This document shows, in pieces, positions 51,852-54,237 of a DNA stretch of 54,237 nucleotides. The position numbers were made by a program, and so were the translations under genes. Source of the stretch: a virus (Duplodnaviria; Caudoviricetes); IMG/VR virus record IMGVR_UViG_3300049830_000086, positions 1 to 54,237 of that record; one strand, written 5' to 3'. The number at the start of each line of letters is the position of its first letter. The first letter of the stretch is position 1. A model generated the notes under the pieces. That model was not told where the DNA came from. It was given only the letters and a program-made list of their open reading frames with translations, and made no database searches.

Positions 51852-52351
51852 TATAAATCTGTATCTAGCCTTCTCTCCAAGGTATCTCCATAAGGTACGG
51901 CTGTTACCCTATAACCTGTGACTCTGCTTATCTCTATCTCCACATCAATGTTTTTACTCACTAATGCAGGTGGAGATATGTTACTGACTCTCCTAAAAGG
52001 TTGTGGTGCTGGTGGTCTGTAACTAGGGACAATACCGAGATTAGTTATAGCTGGATTAGCTACAAATGGTGCTCTAGGAGGTCTTGCATCCCAAGCAGCT
52101 TGCCAAGTCGCTATAACTGCCATTAGCGCGTGCATTGGTATGTCTCCTGCCGGAATCAAGCCACGACGCTGAGCTTCGTTTCCTAGCTCTGCTAATTGAC
52201 CTTCAGTAAAGACTACGTATGCTCTACCATAAGCTGGATTAAGAATACGGTTCCTTAGCAGGCGCATAGAATTTTTGAGGTGGGGCTCATCCATGTCTTG
52301 TATTCTAATCTCCTCACCCGTCTTCATCTTCCAATAGCCTGGTTGGCTCAT
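51851..52351 (-). CDS. Hypothetical protein, C-terminal RRLDTDL
   Basis: W....GE.I.I.DM...HL.N N-terminal motif. Confidence 0.6.
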   Translation of the reverse strand: MSQPGYWKMKTGEEIRIQDMDEPHLKNSMRLLRNRILNPAYGRAYVVFTEGQLAELGNEAQRRGLIPAGDIPMHALMAVIATWQAAWDARPPRAPFVANPAITNLGIVPSYRPPAPQPFRRVSNISPPALVSKNIDVEIEISRVTGYRVTAVPYGDTLERRLDTDL

Positions 52352-53490
52352 AATTCGTAGCTTTCTTTGAATGTATCTAGGACTTCCTTAGCGTCACCCT
52401 TTAACAGGTTATTGGCTAGGGTAAACATCCCTTCGTCATTTTCACAGAAGTATCTAAGAGCTGTTTCAATTTTGTCGTCTGTAGTTGCCTCTGAGCGGCT
52501 AGCAAAAGCTTCGTCCTCACCTTTAGCTTCCATTGGATCGCTTAGTTTTACTTGCTGCATCTTAACTAATGCAACTTCGTATAACGGCGTCAGCTTACTA
52601 AGATAAGGATCACTATCACTATCCCAAATAACTTTGATGACTGGTTTGAAGGTCTGAGCCTTAGCCCAGTCCACCTGTTCCATGACATCGAAGTCAGTCG
52701 CTGTTTTTCCTCTAAAGTTGATTTCAGTCATGATTCTTCTTTGAGGGAATGGTAAGCGTACCAAGTTAGTACCGTCACAGTAAAGCACAGATTTTTTACT
52801 ATCTGCTTCACTTATGTCAACTATACCTAAGCTACCTGGGTAACCTACGTAAGCTTCGCGGTTTATGCCATATGCTCTCGTTTCCGGTGCATAATGTAAA
52901 TCTCCAGCGATGACACCTTGTATGTTAGGGAATGTATCAAACAACATTAGTTTGTTGAAATCGATACCCTTCTTAGGCTCAGTCTTGTCGAAGACTTGAG
53001 GAAATTGACAATGCAAAAATACCCAGCTTACTTTAGCCTGATCAGTGTCTTGGGCTAATGAAGCGATTAGTTCTTCTGGTGTAGCTTGTGAGTAATCAAA
53101 ATAGTCTAAGCCTGAAAACTCAGGTACGACTTTAACATGATCTATCCCACTAATACGCATCCAGCTTTCACCTTTTTGTGATTTATCGTGGTCACCGGTT
53201 ATACCGAGTAGTTGAATGCCATTAGCTTTCAATTTCTCAACTAACCTAGTGACAAAAGCTATGGTGTGAACCTTGGCGTGATTGTCGTCAAACAAGTCTC
53301 CTGCAATAACAAGATACTTGACCTTTTTTTCAATGGCTAGGTCTACCAATCGACTTAAGTTGTCTCTTAGATCATCTTCAAGCTCAGGGAAGTTATACAA
53401 CTTCTTTCCTAAGTGGATGTCTGCCGAAGCAATGAACCTGGGACCTTTGTAACCTGGTCTTAGTGTAAATGCAATTTTTACTTCACTCAT
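52348..53490 (-). CDS. sbcD: SbcD/Mre11/gp47-like nuclease
   Basis: ADIHLG, AGDLFD, GDHD, GDLH, YPGS. Confidence 0.92.
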   Translation of the reverse strand: MSEVKIAFTLRPGYKGPRFIASADIHLGKKLYNFPELEDDLRDNLSRLVDLAIEKKVKYLVIAGDLFDDNHAKVHTIAFVTRLVEKLKANGIQLLGITGDHDKSQKGESWMRISGIDHVKVVPEFSGLDYFDYSQATPEELIASLAQDTDQAKVSWVFLHCQFPQVFDKTEPKKGIDFNKLMLFDTFPNIQGVIAGDLHYAPETRAYGINREAYVGYPGSLGIVDISEADSKKSVLYCDGTNLVRLPFPQRRIMTEINFRGKTATDFDVMEQVDWAKAQTFKPVIKVIWDSDSDPYLSKLTPLYEVALVKMQQVKLSDPMEAKGEDEAFASRSEATTDDKIETALRYFCENDEGMFTLANNLLKGDAKEVLDTFKESYEL

Positions 53491-53536
53491 AAATTAAATG
53501 GGGTGTGTGGCAAAATGTACCACACACCCCGACTAC

Positions 53537-53761
53537 TTACAGTCTTGACTCAATGACACGGACTTCTTCTTTAATGACCGCATCACGATCTTTACCATGG
53601 GCAATCAACTCACCCGAAGGTGTGCGTGCTTCCCATTGTTGACTCACCTCGTTGAATTCGACGTTACTAGCGCGTGTCATGGTCATTTTACCTAGACCAT
53701 TTAACACATCGGAATAAACCGCGCGCATAGTACCGTCCGTTCCAACAATGAGCTTTCTCAT
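53537..53761 (-). CDS. Small conserved hypothetical protein
   Basis: DG....Y...L..LG.....RAS.VE....W...R..A...E motif. Confidence 0.6.
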   Translation of the reverse strand: MRKLIVGTDGTMRAVYSDVLNGLGKMTMTRASNVEFNEVSQQWEARTPSGELIAHGKDRDAVIKEEVRVIESRL

Positions 53762-53967
53762 GAGTCAAGGTGGGCAGCGAGCTTCACAGGATCAAGCTCT
53801 TGATAAGGAGATGTTTGCACACGAGAAGCTTCATCTACGCTTCCGAGTGATTTTTCAAGGTCGCCTGTCAGATTGAGGCAGTTCTGGCCACCGTTGTTGT
53901 CAACGATGACTTGGCATCCGCCATTTTTTGAAACGACTACGCGACCGGCTACTTTTTGTTGGCTCAT
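53758..53967 (-). CDS. DUF2997-like small protein
   Basis: V.V...G.....V....G..C..LT..LE..LG pattern. Confidence 0.55.
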   Translation of the reverse strand: MSQQKVAGRVVVSKNGGCQVIVDNNGGQNCLNLTGDLEKSLGSVDEASRVQTSPYQELDPVKLAAHLDS

Positions 53968-54237
53968 ACGAATATAACGTGGTTGTGATGGATTGAGAGA
54001 CTCCCGGCTTTCGACGCAATGCGAAAACGAACACGAGAGACATGGACACGAGCGCCGATAGTAGAGAAGTGCATAATAGTCTGCACACTCGCTACCCAGA
54101 CATTATGGGTCTGGTCAACGAGACGGAGGGAATCCGGCACGATGATAATGTTGTCAGCCGGAGGCTGTTCACGCTCAAAGTAGCCTCCGAGCAATGAGGC
54201 TACTTTAGAAACAATTGCGGTTGGAGGTTGCTCAACC

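Noticed and set aside
2726-52606. Most plus-strand ORFs in the track
   Set aside because: Antisense shadows of well-supported minus-strand genes; only the HNH at 11503..12039 has motifs and a promoter

Overview
This window is a segment of a large dsDNA bacteriophage genome, with almost all genes on the minus strand. The right part (~30-54 kb) is a replication, recombination and repair block: SbcD/SbcC, SF2 helicase, primase, DnaB-like helicase, UDG-fused family A DNA polymerase, probable SSB, RecA, RuvC-like resolvase and an HhH glycosylase. Embedded in it is an apparent phage ubiquitin-like operon (Ubl ending GG-TH, JAB protease, ThiF/E1). The left part (~0.2-29 kb) is a co-oriented translation island. 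It carries 32 intact-looking tRNA genes covering 19 amino acids (no Cys in the window), an atypical RNase P RNA, seven Y-RNA (YrlA)-like elements, other structured RNAs, a minimal alanyl-tRNA synthetase, HNH endonucleases and many small ORFs. The most striking feature sits at the head of that island: a sigma70-type promoter, then a 34-codon leader ORF using 32 different codons and 19 amino acids (again no Cys). Its stop codon lies in an antiterminator arm that competes with an intrinsic terminator. I interpret this as an attenuator that samples nearly the whole tRNA pool and could switch on the phage tRNA array when any host tRNA is depleted. Nine mostly unrelated small proteins also share a C-terminal RR[LIM]D[TP]xL-like tail. 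All calls come from reading motifs by eye; no database search was run.
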